64,000 bases of DNA from a virus (Duplodnaviria > Caudoviricetes), in the IMG/VR virus record IMGVR_UViG_2799112420_000002, positions 1,598 through 65,597 of that record. One strand, written 5' to 3'. Shown in pieces: positions 32,859 through 43,500 of the stretch. Numbering within the stretch: position 1 is the first letter of the stretch; each line of letters opens with the position of its first letter. A program made the position numbers and the translations under genes. Below the pieces are notes generated by a model, which saw only the letters and a list, made by a program, of their open reading frames with translations, made no database searches and was not told the origin of the DNA.

Positions 32859-34136
32859 ATGCTGTACTATGCGAGCCGGATATCGGACAACATGTGCAGA
32901 CGGGAGCCGGAAGGCTATCTGTTCTGCCTGAATGTTCCGATTGCCAGGTCCGGCACTCAGGAATATGCCCGGGATGAAATCGGTCAGGACGGGGATGGGC
33001 TCGTGAAGATCTTCCGGCCGGAAGACGAGGTCTTTTCTACCGAGACAATGTCATCTTTTGAGGGCATGCCGGTTACAAACGATCATCCGGATACCGAGGA
33101 AGGCGTAAACATCAAAAACGTGCAGGACCTGTCAAAGGGCCACTGCCAGAATGTACGCCGCGGAACCGGGAAAGACAGGGATCTGCTGATCGCGGACCTT
33201 GTGATCCAGGATGAACGAACAATCAAAGACATCATGGATGGGAAGCGGGAAATATCCTGCGGATACACCTATGAACTCAGCGAAGAAAACGGGAAATATT
33301 TCCAAAGGCAAATACGCGGGAACCACATCGCCATTGTGGACAGAGGGCGAGCCGGTCACCGCGTTTGCATAAAAGACTCTGCCCCAAATAACGAAAGGAG
33401 AAAATCCAACATGCCGAAAACCAAGAAAAATCACGTCGGCATTCTCTCTCGGATGCTGGCAGCTCTGGTAGCGACCGATGCTGAGCCGGAAGTTCTCGAA
33501 GAAGCGGTTGATGCCATCGAAGATATCACCGAAGGCGCTGCCGTCGTGGCTCCCGCTGAACCGGTCGCTCCCGAAGAGAAAACCGAGGACGAAGCCCCCG
33601 CGGATCCCATGGCCGCGATTATGGCCCGCCTGGACAAGCTGGAGGCTGCTGTAGCCGCCAAGGGTGCTGACGAAGAGCCTGAAGAGGAAGTTGATCCTCT
33701 GAAGAAGCTCGAGGATGACCTGGACCAGATGGAGAAACAGGCCGAAGAAGAGCCGGTTACCCCGGATGAAGATCCTGACGAGCAGGAATCCCATTTCGTG
33801 GATCCTGACGAGATCAACGAGCAGGACGAAGACGGCGAGGAACTGGAAGAGGAAGTCGAAGAAGAATCCGTTGACTGCAAGGCCCGTGACGCCATGCGCG
33901 AAGCGATCAAGACCATGCGTCCGTTCCTGTCCAAGCTTCCGAAGGCTGAGCAGAAAAAAGCTTCTGACGCCATGGCCGCTTCCCTGCGGAAAGCCTATGG
34001 AATGCCCGAAAAGGCCACGAGAAATGATTACCTGAAGCTGAAGGGCCGCAAACGGTCCGCTGACAGCGCGAAGGACACTTCCGCGGACCTGGGCAAGTCC
34101 ATTATGGCCAAGCGGAACCCCAACTACAGCAAGTAA
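32859..34136 (+). CDS. DUF2213-type prohead protease/scaffold
   Basis: VPIARSG.Q.Y, PVTNDHP, REISCGY, IRGNHIAIVDRGRAG; acidic scaffold-like C-terminal half. Confidence 0.88.
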   Translation: MLYYASRISDNMCRREPEGYLFCLNVPIARSGTQEYARDEIGQDGDGLVKIFRPEDEVFSTETMSSFEGMPVTNDHPDTEEGVNIKNVQDLSKGHCQNVRRGTGKDRDLLIADLVIQDERTIKDIMDGKREISCGYTYELSEENGKYFQRQIRGNHIAIVDRGRAGHRVCIKDSAPNNERRKSNMPKTKKNHVGILSRMLAALVATDAEPEVLEEAVDAIEDITEGAAVVAPAEPVAPEEKTEDEAPADPMAAIMARLDKLEAAVAAKGADEEPEEEVDPLKKLEDDLDQMEKQAEEEPVTPDEDPDEQESHFVDPDEINEQDEDGEELEEEVEEESVDCKARDAMREAIKTMRPFLSKLPKAEQKKASDAMAASLRKAYGMPEKATRNDYLKLKGRKRSADSAKDTSADLGKSIMAKRNPNYSK

Positions 34137-34151
34137 GAAAGGAGAATCATC

Positions 34152-34616
34152 ATGGCTGGTAAAGTTCTGAAATTTACGAACGGCTATCCCGGAGCGGTAT
34201 CCCGCAGCATCGATGACATCATCGAGAGCTTTGCGAACGGGGAAGCCTCTGATCCGATCCTGTTCGGCGCTCCTGTTGCGCTGAATGCGGGCAAGGTGGT
34301 CAACGTCTCCACCACGTACTATGACGTGATCGGCGTCGCCGTCCGGACCGTGAAGACGGAGGAAACCTATGGCGGCAATGATCCGAAGTACAAGGCGAAG
34401 GATATGGTCGACGTGATCAAGCGCGGTACTGTTGCTATGGTCGTACCCGCTGCGCTGACCGTTGCCGCGGGAGATCCTGTGCACATCGTCAAGGCCACCG
34501 GCGCTCTGGCTAAGGCCGCTGACAGCACCAATACGGTTGCTACCGGCTGGAAGTTCAAGGGACCGAAGGATGACAACAACGTTGTCGAGGTCGTTCTCTG
34601 CGAACGCGCCTTCTAA
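34152..34616 (+). CDS. Head decoration/cement protein
   Basis: GYPGAVSR..FG.PV; located between the protease and the MCP. Confidence 0.75.
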   Translation: MAGKVLKFTNGYPGAVSRSIDDIIESFANGEASDPILFGAPVALNAGKVVNVSTTYYDVIGVAVRTVKTEETYGGNDPKYKAKDMVDVIKRGTVAMVVPAALTVAAGDPVHIVKATGALAKAADSTNTVATGWKFKGPKDDNNVVEVVLCERAF

Positions 34617-34640
34617 TTCTGAGAAAGGAGAACAAACAGT

Positions 34641-35627
34641 ATGAATAAGTTTCCCAAAACGCCCATGCTGGCGAAAGACAGCCGCATCCGGGCAAACGAC
34701 GGCCTTGCCTTCCTGGAAAAGGAACTGGAAAAGGTAGACAGCAAGCTCCTCGAGCCGCTGGACGCTACCCTGTGGCCCCGTGACATGCCCGTGAAGACCG
34801 GCGGCGGTTTCATTGAGAATATCGCTGCGATCGCTGTGGAGTATGCCTCTACCGGCGGCGCTGAAGGCGACGGCAACCTGATGTTCGATAACGCCAATGA
34901 CATCCCCGTCATGCAGGCGAATTTCGACAAGACCATCTGGCGTGTGTTCAACTGGGCCGAGTATTGGACCCTGTCCTACATCCAGAAGGAAAAGTTCAAG
35001 AAGCTGGCCCGGAACGCCGAAGACATCCTGACCAAGGGCATCCACAAGCACTTCGATCAGTTCTGCGATACGAATGTGTACAAAGGATTCACCAAGGTCG
35101 GCACCACTGGTCTGCTGAACAATGCCAATATTACCCGTGCTGACGCGGCCAACAACGCCGCCAACACCAGCAGCGCCTGGGAAGACAAGTCCGCGGATGA
35201 AATCCTGGCTGACGTCAACGACATCCTGTCCAAGGTCTGGGCCGCTAACGAAATGGCCGAAGATGCCCTGCCGAATCACATCCTGATCCCGGTCGAGCAG
35301 TTTGGCTCCATCGTCACCAGGAAAGTCGGTACCACCGGCGATAAGTCCATCCTGACTTACATCCTGGAAAACAATATCACCACCCAGCAGGGCAAAAAGC
35401 TGGTCATTTCTCCCTGCAAGTACTGCAAGGGCATCGGCACCAACAGCGCGGATCGTATGGTCGCGTACATCAACAAGGCCGAAATGGTCGAGTTCGAAAT
35501 GACCGCTCCGCTGCATCGCTGGGAGACCGAGCGCGTGAACCTGTCCTACAAGACTCCGTTCGTCGCTCAGATCTCTGAAGTGAAGTTCAAGTATCCGACT
35601 ACGGTCCGGTACGTGGACGGCATCTGA
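34641..35627 (+). CDS. Major capsid protein (DUF2184/HK97-fold family)
   Basis: DGLAFLEKELE.VD..LLEP, GLLN, ILADVN, LPNHILIP, YPTTVRYVDGI. Confidence 0.9.
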   Translation: MNKFPKTPMLAKDSRIRANDGLAFLEKELEKVDSKLLEPLDATLWPRDMPVKTGGGFIENIAAIAVEYASTGGAEGDGNLMFDNANDIPVMQANFDKTIWRVFNWAEYWTLSYIQKEKFKKLARNAEDILTKGIHKHFDQFCDTNVYKGFTKVGTTGLLNNANITRADAANNAANTSSAWEDKSADEILADVNDILSKVWAANEMAEDALPNHILIPVEQFGSIVTRKVGTTGDKSILTYILENNITTQQGKKLVISPCKYCKGIGTNSADRMVAYINKAEMVEFEMTAPLHRWETERVNLSYKTPFVAQISEVKFKYPTTVRYVDGI

Positions 35628-35633
35628 TTTACC

Positions 35634-35670
35634 ACAGAGAGAGGGGAGCTGTTCCCCTCTCTCTGTTTTC
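35634..35670 (+). terminator. Terminator after the capsid gene
   Basis: 14-bp stem ACAGAGAGAGGGGA/TCCCCTCTCTCTGT followed by TTTC. Confidence 0.8.
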
Positions 35671-35685
35671 AAAAGGAGGATACAA

Positions 35686-36009
35686 ATGGACACTTTTCTG
35701 ATGATCTGCCGCGTCTGCGCTGAATTCAACGGAGGAAAGGGATTCTTTTTCTCGATCACTCCGGTCACCCGGGGCATTTTTGTCCAGGCACCGGCATGGA
35801 TCAAAGAAACCCGCATGTTCAAAGGCCTTCTGGCTGACGGCTCTATCACCATCGGAGTTGAGACCGCTGAAAAGAAGAAGCTCGAGAACGATCCGAACGA
35901 AGGAATCGGCGCTGACGGGAAGGCGGTAAACGAAGCAGAGGATACTCCAGCGGACGAAAAGCCGAAGCAGAAGCGCGGAGGGAAGAAAACCGCGGCTGCA
36001 GCGGAATAA
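35686..36009 (+). CDS. Hypothetical structural protein (paralog 1)
   Basis: QAPAWIKETRMFKGLLADGSI; resembles the next gene. Confidence 0.65.
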   Translation: MDTFLMICRVCAEFNGGKGFFFSITPVTRGIFVQAPAWIKETRMFKGLLADGSITIGVETAEKKKLENDPNEGIGADGKAVNEAEDTPADEKPKQKRGGKKTAAAAE

Positions 36010-36030
36010 CCGCCTCGAAGGGGGACGCCT

Positions 36031-36327
36031 ATGAAAATAACATGCAAAACTCCGGCAGTTTTTGTTTCTCCCGGAATGGTTCTGTTCCAGGTTAAACAGG
36101 AAGACGTCGGAAAAGAGATCGAAGCGCCGGAATGGGTGAAAAATACGCTTATGTATAAGATCCTGGCCGGTGAGGGAAGCATTTTAACCGGTGAATCCGA
36201 AGTAACCGATGAACCTGCTTCCAAAGAAGAACCTGTTACGGAATCGGAAGCTCCGGGGGAAACCAAAGAGCCCGTGAGCGTGGTCGTAAAGAAAACCAGT
36301 CGAAAGAAAAAGGATGATGCAGTGTGA
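36031..36327 (+). CDS. Hypothetical structural protein (paralog 2)
   Basis: EAPEWVKNTLMYKILAGEGSI. Confidence 0.6.
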   Translation: MKITCKTPAVFVSPGMVLFQVKQEDVGKEIEAPEWVKNTLMYKILAGEGSILTGESEVTDEPASKEEPVTESEAPGETKEPVSVVVKKTSRKKKDDAV

Positions 36328-36728
36328 CTGCAAACAGTTTCATCGAGTTCTACCCTCAATTCAAAGTCATTCCTGACGCCGTTCTGGAAGAATATGTAAC
36401 ACAGTCAAACCAGAGGTTTGAGGACTTTCTCGATTCCGCGGAAGAGGCTCGAAGGCTTTATATCGCGCACAAGCTTACTCTGTACGCTCAGACGTTCCTT
36501 CCGGACACCTATGAGCCCGGATCTGTAGTTGGAATGTCAGCTCTGAGGGGTGCTGGCGTAGCAGCTCAGGCACTCAGTAAGAGTGTTGGCGGGGTAAGCG
36601 TGTCCAAGTCGGAAGGATCAGCGATATCCTCAATTTCCGGGTTTGGCGAGTGGAAGCAGACAGCATTCGGTTTACAGTTGATTACGCTGGCGAAGATAAT
36701 AACAGCAGGAGCCCGGTACGTTCCCTGA
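36324..36728 (+). CDS. Head-tail adaptor (DUF4054-like)
   Basis: FIEFYPQF...YIAHKLTL...SKSVGGVSVS...W.QT.FG.Q. Confidence 0.8.
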   Translation: MTANSFIEFYPQFKVIPDAVLEEYVTQSNQRFEDFLDSAEEARRLYIAHKLTLYAQTFLPDTYEPGSVVGMSALRGAGVAAQALSKSVGGVSVSKSEGSAISSISGFGEWKQTAFGLQLITLAKIITAGARYVP

Positions 36729-36741
36729 TGGGGGTGAGTGA

Positions 36742-37236
36742 ATGTTATTCAATGGAGATGTTGTTGTCAAAGAGAACCTGAACATCGTCAAAAATCTTCT
36801 TTTCGGGTTCAAGTTTATATGGGAAAACGAGGTTGTGGTCGGAATCACGGAAGACTCGAACGCATTCCGGGAGAACGGGATCTCGAATTCTCAGCTGCTC
36901 TATCTCCACGAAAACGGAGTACCATCTCACAACATCCCTCCGCGGCCGGTTCTGAAACCGGCGATCTCCCAGGATGGAGTCATGGAGCGCATCGAGGATC
37001 AGATGAAAAAAGGCATGAAGGAAGCGCTGCTGCACGGAAATGTGGATGAAGCCAGGAAATGTTATGAGAAAGCGGGCATGCTGGGCAGAGATGCTTGCAA
37101 GAATTATATCGTTTCCGGCGACAAACTCGCTCCAAACGCGCCTTCCACCATCGAGAAAAAAGGAAGCTCAACTCCTCTGATTGACAAGGCCTCTATGCTG
37201 AATTCAATAACCTATGCTGTCAGAAGAAAGAAGTGA
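36742..37236 (+). CDS. Neck / tail-completion protein
   Basis: HENG...NIPPRPVL, PNAPSTI..KGSS.PLID. Confidence 0.75.
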   Translation: MLFNGDVVVKENLNIVKNLLFGFKFIWENEVVVGITEDSNAFRENGISNSQLLYLHENGVPSHNIPPRPVLKPAISQDGVMERIEDQMKKGMKEALLHGNVDEARKCYEKAGMLGRDACKNYIVSGDKLAPNAPSTIEKKGSSTPLIDKASMLNSITYAVRRKK

Positions 37237-37242
37237 TGAACA

Positions 37243-37611
37243 ATGTTGCTGCCGGATGTAACTGAAATCCTGAATGATCCTGAAGTCGGCGGCGGTGTAG
37301 CTTTCCAGGTAAAAAGGGTCCTGAATGTCAGAACGCTTGGGAGCGTAACGACAACGCCAAAATACTTCAATGTTACGGGAAATATCCAGCCGGAATCGAA
37401 AAGTGTTCAGACGTCCACATCTGAAGACACTTTGAACGAGGGCATTGTTGTCAGAGCGATCTTCGACTTTCAGACTGGAACGAACAATGGCGCTGAATTC
37501 ACCGGGCCGGACGAAATCATCTTCGCCGGTACCAGATGGCGGGTAACGAGCGTTGAAAACTGGTCTGATTGGGGGTTCACTGTAGCCCACGCGACAAAGG
37601 TGATGGGGTGA
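37243..37611 (+). CDS. Head-closure protein (putative)
   Basis: Synteny; PDEIIFAGTRWRV..VENWSDWGF. Confidence 0.6.
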   Translation: MLLPDVTEILNDPEVGGGVAFQVKRVLNVRTLGSVTTTPKYFNVTGNIQPESKSVQTSTSEDTLNEGIVVRAIFDFQTGTNNGAEFTGPDEIIFAGTRWRVTSVENWSDWGFTVAHATKVMG

Positions 37612-37615
37612 TACG

Positions 37616-38158
37616 ATGGCATGGTTTCAGCATGTATCGAACGCCGTTTATACGGCTGCTTGCAGAGCCTTTAACCTTGACCCAGCGAGTCAGGAAGGCC
37701 TTGCAAGATTCGTCCCGGCGTATCTTCCAAACGCGACTACTCCCCAGGCAGACCGGGATGTAAATGTTTGTTATTATGCCGTTTCTGAAAGACAAGGAAC
37801 AGCATGGGATTACACAATGCAGGAAGCAGGAAACAGCAAAATCTCCGTCACAAAGACGATCCCTGTGACCGTCTTGTTCACCTTCTACGGTCCGAACGCG
37901 GATGATGACGCGGAATTTTTCTGGTCTGCATTGCGGATTGACACGGGTTACGGAAGCCCCAGGCAAGTGCTTCGCGGTTCGAGGATCGCGCTGGACGGGA
38001 CTCCGCAAAGACCTGTCTCCATTTTTGAAGTCGAAGGTACTTTCCATAGGCGTAGATGTGACGTCAGAGTGGACCTTAGTTATCTCGATGTCGAGGACAA
38101 GGCCGCTGCAATGGTCACAAGCCCGCCGGATATTACTGCTCGGCTGAATCAAGATTAA
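37616..38158 (+). CDS. Tail terminator / neck protein (putative)
   Basis: Synteny, directly before the sheath gene. Confidence 0.6.
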   Translation: MAWFQHVSNAVYTAACRAFNLDPASQEGLARFVPAYLPNATTPQADRDVNVCYYAVSERQGTAWDYTMQEAGNSKISVTKTIPVTVLFTFYGPNADDDAEFFWSALRIDTGYGSPRQVLRGSRIALDGTPQRPVSIFEVEGTFHRRRCDVRVDLSYLDVEDKAAAMVTSPPDITARLNQD

Positions 38159-38167
38159 CAAGAAAGG

Positions 38168-39310
38168 ATGAAAAGGATGCTTAATATTGATCCTGTAGTA
38201 AAAATCAATGTGGAGGTCGGTGCTGTTACAGTTACCGATGGCGTCTTTGATATCGGAGCTATCATCGGACCGACTTCCGTTACTGGCAAACTGGATTCAA
38301 CGCACCGGTTCAAGGCATATGAGAACATCGCCGCGATGGTGACAGATGGATTTGCCACGACAGATCCTGAGTATCTGGCAGCGCAGAAGTATTTCGGCGT
38401 TTCTCCTGCTCCGAACCGGGTTGTGATCATCCATTATGATGCCACGAGCGAGAGCGATTCTCCCGTGATTGCGCTGGTAGATGCGATCGATAAAGGCGCT
38501 GAATTCTACGGCGTGTATTACATTCCCAAGGCCAGTGAGACGGCTGCGAACATCAAGCTTTACATTGCCGGAATCGCAAGCGCTCTCGAATCCATTCAGC
38601 GTGGCGTCGTGTTCTATGGCGTTGCTGACACGGTTGCGAACGCGATTGCTTCCGGCGGTCTGTTTGATGCCATGGGTGGCACAAAACGTGCTTGCGGCCT
38701 GTATTGCACTTCCAGTGCTGACGATGCTGCTGGTCTGATGGGTGCCGCGATGGGCCTTTCCCGGACGAATCAGAACAGCGTGTTTGCGCTGTGCTACAAG
38801 ACGGTTGCCTCTGCTACCGAGAACGCCATTTCTCAGCAGGAAGTCGAGAGCATTAAGGCCATGAACGCGAATGTGTACGTCCGTCGGACGAGGGCTCGCG
38901 CTTATGTTGAGAATGGTTCGGTTGGTTCTGGCCTCCGTTTTGACGATGTTCTGTATCTGGATCGGATCACGTATGATATCCAGCAGTCCATTTACACGAT
39001 GATCGCGGACAGCCCCGTGAAGCTGCCCCAGGAAGACAGCACCTCGCTGGCGTTCCTGGCTGAAATCGGTGGAATCCTGGACAGCTATTACACCATGGGT
39101 GTTCTGGCAGAAAACGCGTGGAGAGGTCCCGCGATTGGCGGCATCGAGGTTGGCGATATTCTGGAGCATGGCCATGCGGAATTCGCTGAAAGCTTCGATA
39201 CTCAGTCTGTTGCGGATCGGGCCGCTCACAAGGCAATGCCTGTCACCGTCCTGCTGAGTCTGTCCGGCTCTGTTGAGTCCATTGAGATTACGGTCTATGT
39301 GCAGACCTGA
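38168..39310 (+). CDS. Tail sheath protein (DUF3383-like), short form
   Basis: DGF.TTDPEY.AA..YF...P.P; C-terminal sheath domain FDDVLYLD..KLPQ..GAVESIEI-like motifs. Confidence 0.8.
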   Translation: MKRMLNIDPVVKINVEVGAVTVTDGVFDIGAIIGPTSVTGKLDSTHRFKAYENIAAMVTDGFATTDPEYLAAQKYFGVSPAPNRVVIIHYDATSESDSPVIALVDAIDKGAEFYGVYYIPKASETAANIKLYIAGIASALESIQRGVVFYGVADTVANAIASGGLFDAMGGTKRACGLYCTSSADDAAGLMGAAMGLSRTNQNSVFALCYKTVASATENAISQQEVESIKAMNANVYVRRTRARAYVENGSVGSGLRFDDVLYLDRITYDIQQSIYTMIADSPVKLPQEDSTSLAFLAEIGGILDSYYTMGVLAENAWRGPAIGGIEVGDILEHGHAEFAESFDTQSVADRAAHKAMPVTVLLSLSGSVESIEITVYVQT

Positions 39311-39327
39311 TAAGGAGATGAGAAAGA

Positions 39328-39786
39328 ATGGCAAATCCTACGTTTAGTGTCTATTCTCTCGCGGACGTTGAGACCATTATCCAGCATAAGAATGTTGGCA
39401 AGTGCATCCTGTCCAAAGAGGGCGGCGGTCGGATTACGATCAGCTATTCCGGCGATCTGTCCAGCGTTACCACGACCGCGACCGGCTTCCCGGTGATCAA
39501 CAAGCTGGTTGCCAAGAATGGCAGCATCGGTCTTGAAGTCCCTGTGAATTCCAATGCCGATATCTACATGCGGAAATGGTGCAGCTATCTGAAGAAGGCC
39601 AAGACCAGCGAATTCGCGCTGTCCAGGCTGGAGCTCGCGGACAATGCTGCCGGTCGGCGTCTGTCCATGACGGGTGTTGTGCCGCAGAAAGAGCCGGATG
39701 AAGCTTATGATCAGACGGCCGGAAACCGGATGTACAACCTGTTCTTCGCGGAGCTGACTACCACCAGCTTCAAGGCGAAGGCTTAA
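39328..39786 (+). CDS. Tail tube protein (DUF3277-like)
   Basis: YSLADV...G.I.I.Y.GD..NS.AD; follows the sheath gene. Confidence 0.75.
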   Translation: MANPTFSVYSLADVETIIQHKNVGKCILSKEGGGRITISYSGDLSSVTTTATGFPVINKLVAKNGSIGLEVPVNSNADIYMRKWCSYLKKAKTSEFALSRLELADNAAGRRLSMTGVVPQKEPDEAYDQTAGNRMYNLFFAELTTTSFKAKA

Positions 39787-39795
39787 TAATGCCAT

Positions 39796-39828
39796 GCCTC
39801 CCGGAGTCTTTTCCGGGAGGCTGGTTTG
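39796..39828 (+). terminator. Hairpin after the tail tube gene
   Basis: GCCTCCCGGA/TCCGGGAGGC; weak T tract. Confidence 0.5.
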
Positions 39829-39852
39829 GTTTAATTAGGAGGAGGAGAAAAA

Positions 39853-40332
39853 ATGCGGGAAGTAACAAAACAGGTCAAGCATGAAGTAGACGGCGAGGAA
39901 ATGACTTTTCAGGTCCGGAAGATGAATGCCCTGGACGGAAGCTATCTGATGAAATTCTGTGCCGAAAAGCTGATGCCGATCTTCAGCGCGATGAAGGACA
40001 CTTTTAAACCGGTCGGAGAAGACGAGGACGAAGAAGCTGTTGTTCAGGCGCGTACCGCAGAGGTTCTGAATATGATCCCGGTAGCCCTGGCCTCTCTGAG
40101 CCGGAAGGATCTCGCGGAGTTTCAGACAATGTGTCTGAACACCGTTGACGCGCTGCTTCCGGCCGGTTGGCAGCAGATCATGGACGGAAATTCGTTCTGC
40201 GTCGAAGAAATCGAATATGATGCAGGTGCTGCCTTGGTGCTTTGCTATGATGTCCTGGAGTTCAATCTTGGCGGTTTTTTCGGAGGAAAGGGCTTGAGTT
40301 CACTCCTGCCCCAGCAAAGTACGCAGCAGTAA
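39853..40332 (+). CDS. Tail assembly chaperone (G-like)
   Basis: Position between the tube and TMP genes; ends near a slippery site. Confidence 0.75.
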   Translation: MREVTKQVKHEVDGEEMTFQVRKMNALDGSYLMKFCAEKLMPIFSAMKDTFKPVGEDEDEEAVVQARTAEVLNMIPVALASLSRKDLAEFQTMCLNTVDALLPAGWQQIMDGNSFCVEEIEYDAGAALVLCYDVLEFNLGGFFGGKGLSSLLPQQSTQQ

Positions 40333-40496
40333 AGGCAATAAATTTGGATGAATGGGCGTATGCTCCGGTCGCGGCTGGCATGTGGAAACAACATGAGGTG
40401 TGGGACGGAACATACACTTTTGATGACCTGATGGACGCGATAGAGCTGATGCAGGTCAGGAGCGAGAATGAAAGACGCTCTTTAGAACAGAAATAA
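40275..40496 (+). CDS. -1 frameshift extension of the chaperone (GT-like product)
   Basis: T TTT TTC at 40275-40281; the -1 frame is open to TAA at 40494-40496 and encodes ...WAYAPVAAGMWKQHEVWDGTYTFDDLMDAIELM. Confidence 0.75.
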   Translation, partial: FFRRKGLEFTPAPAKYAAVKAINLDEWAYAPVAAGMWKQHEVWDGTYTFDDLMDAIELMQVRSENERRSLEQK

Positions 40497-40508
40497 GGTG
40501 GTGGCAGT

Positions 40509-43500
40509 ATGGCAGATGATGTCTTGCAGGAATTTGTAGTTAAGCTGACAACTCAAATCGACAACCCCGGAATGCAGCAGATCATGAAGTTCCTGGATTC
40601 CAACAAAATAAAAGCGCTTGGTCTTGCATCCGCTCTTACTGCCGCCACTACTGCGGTTTATAAATTCGTAGAGTCCTACACAAAGGAAGAATTATCCCTC
40701 AGGAATCTGGCAAAGCAGAAAAAGAAGAATCTGGAGCAGCTGCGGGCAGAGGAAGCGGCCCTGAAGCAGATGGGCGTTACTCTGAACGATATCAAAAAAG
40801 ATAAAGCGCTGAAGTCCATGTATGATGACCTTGTTAAGTTCAACAAGGAAATGTCATTGCCGAACATGGACCGGGCCATGGAAAAGGTAAATGGGCTCCG
40901 GCTGGCGTTTTACAAGTTCAGATCCGCTGTTTCCTATGTGGTTAAGGCAATCGGCGCTCAGGTCCTGACAAATCTGGAAGCGCCAATTAACAGGATCACA
41001 GGAAAGCTGAATAATGCGGCAAACTGGATCAGGGATAATCTGAATCAGATCGCGGCAAAAGTGGGATCTGTGATCACGGCGTTTGCGAAAGGCATCATTG
41101 GCATTGCGGAAACGTTTGAAAAGATCGGAAAATGGGTAGCGGATCTCCCTGCTGGCATAAAGGCCGCTGGAGCGGCGATTATAGGCGTCATCGGATTGCT
41201 GAATTCCGGACCAATAGGGAAGATCCTGGCAGCAATCACGTTGATTGGTGATATCATCCATGACTATGAGAATTTCCAGTGGAATAAGCAGAACATGGAA
41301 GTTCCGGTCGTGTTCCAGACACCGGACGGCGGGCATACCAGCGACATCAAAAAGGCGCTGATCGGGGAAGATGGAAAGCCGGTCGCGTATCAGGTTCGTG
41401 TTGGGTTTACTCCGATTTGGGAAGCCGTAGACGAGGGCAAGGAAACCGGAGATATCTTCACGGTTATTGGCACGAGACTCACGGAAGCAATGAATAATGC
41501 TTTCCGGGATTACGACCCGTCAACTCTGTTTGGAGGCGGCGAGAATAACGACGGCCTGATTCCAAAGATCACAGCATGGCTCAACAAGCAGGAAAACAAA
41601 GAAATGCTCTCCGACTTTGGCGGTGCGCTTGTTGGCTTTATCACGAGAGGAATAGAGACGGTAGGTGGCACAGCTGGAGGCTTCCTTGCCCAAATCATAG
41701 ACGCAATTTTCGGAGCTGGAACCGCGGACGATACTTTCTGGAATGACGACGGGGGAGCCGGAACAACTCTTGTCGGTGGTTTGGCAGGATTCTTCAAAGG
41801 GTTTGCAGAAAGACTCGCAGATCCAAAGAACAATAAAGGCTTGTGGGATGCTTTTAAAGAAGGAATGAGGGAGTTCTCCATCGGATCTCTTATTTCTGCG
41901 TTCCTGACGGCAATAGAAGAAAACCCGCAAACCGGTTCATATGAAATCAACTGGGAACAGTTCAGAGGATCTCTTACTGCCGTAGGCGGTACGCTCTTTA
42001 ACATGTTCTCTCAGGCGTTGGCATTTGCCGCGCAAGGTGGGTCTACATTGTTTAGTCTCATAGGCAATGCGCTGTCTGATTCCAATTTTACGCAGATTGG
42101 AAGCGTTGACACGTTTATCCAAAAGATCGGAGGAGTTTTCTCAGAATGGGCCAGTGACAAAACATTGATGACCGGCATAACCACATCTGTCGTTACGCTG
42201 TTCTCTGGCGGGAATGTGTTCGAGGCAATCCTTACCGGGATCTTTGGGTCTTTTACAAGCGCGAGAGAAAAAGCCATGAGGCAAGCGCTTGTCAATGCCG
42301 GGAAATATCAGGAAGGGGATCAGAGCCTCGCAAAACTTAGCATTGGTGTGCTGGAGAAAGAATACGAATCGCTGGATGATGAGTTCAAAAGCGATTACTG
42401 GTCGAACATTTTCGGAGACCTTGGCGGCGCTGGAGCAAATCTTGTATCAGGCATTTGGAAAGCCTTGATGGCAGGTGTAAAAGGCGCTGAAAATCTTGCT
42501 GAAGATCTTTGGAAGATGCTGATGCAGACAATTTCGTCTGTGATGGGATTCGATTCTGAAGAAGTTGCGAACAATGTATTTGGCGGTGTTATCGTAAGTA
42601 CAACAGCGGGGACTGTTCTTGGGAAAAACCTATTAACAGGCCTTCTTGCTGGTGTTGCATCTTTTATTACAGGGATAGAAGGCAAAATTGATCCAAACAA
42701 TCCGGAATATAGTGATTTTATTACTGCGGTAAAGACAGAAGCCAAGGGATTCTGGGAACAGATCATGATGATCTGGTACGGCTCCGGCGAAATGGTGGAC
42801 GGGAAATGGGTCGCAAAAAACGAGAATGCCGGTTTGTCTGCTATCTTCAGGGGACTGTTTGGAGAAGACAACGGTGGAATTGGGCAAACGATCCGGGAAG
42901 CTGTCGGAAAGCTTCTTGAGCCTATAAAGCAAGCCATTATCGACGTTTGGGATGACATCTGGCTTGGCGTAGATGAAGGAAATGGGAGAAATGGAGGACT
43001 TAAGGGGTTTGTCGAAAAAATGTTTTCCCTTGATGATCCTGAATCTCTCATTAACAAGGTAATAGCAGGACTCGAGCCCGTCGGGAATGCGATTGTCGAG
43101 TGGTTCAATGGATTATGGATTCGCATTTACAATTCTGGACCGCAGTGGCTGAGAGATGCATTTGGGTTTGCAGGAATAAAAGATCCGAACACTTCTACAT
43201 TGTCTATGGACGAAGAGGGAAATTTTGTACTCACTTCTACAAATGAAAAGAGCAAGGTTCTTACTCCAGAGGAAGCTGCCACAATAAGCGGAATTGACGT
43301 GAATACAAACAATCCCGAAGCTGGCTTTGGAATAGACGAAAAAACGACTTTCAATCTGTCTATAGACGAAAACGACAACATTGTTGGAACAAACGGGAAC
43401 ATATTCACGATGAAAAGACCGTTTGCCGGAACGGATGATTATCTTTACTATAACTGGCACTTGCCAGAAAAGACTAAGGAAGAAAATCAGAGACGCAGAG

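Noticed and set aside
33132-36359. 1075-aa minus-strand ORF, and other long antisense ORFs such as 21913-23175, 31086-32267, 38297-39334 and 56488-57594
   Set aside because: Shadow frames of strongly codon-biased plus-strand structural genes; no motifs or RBS.
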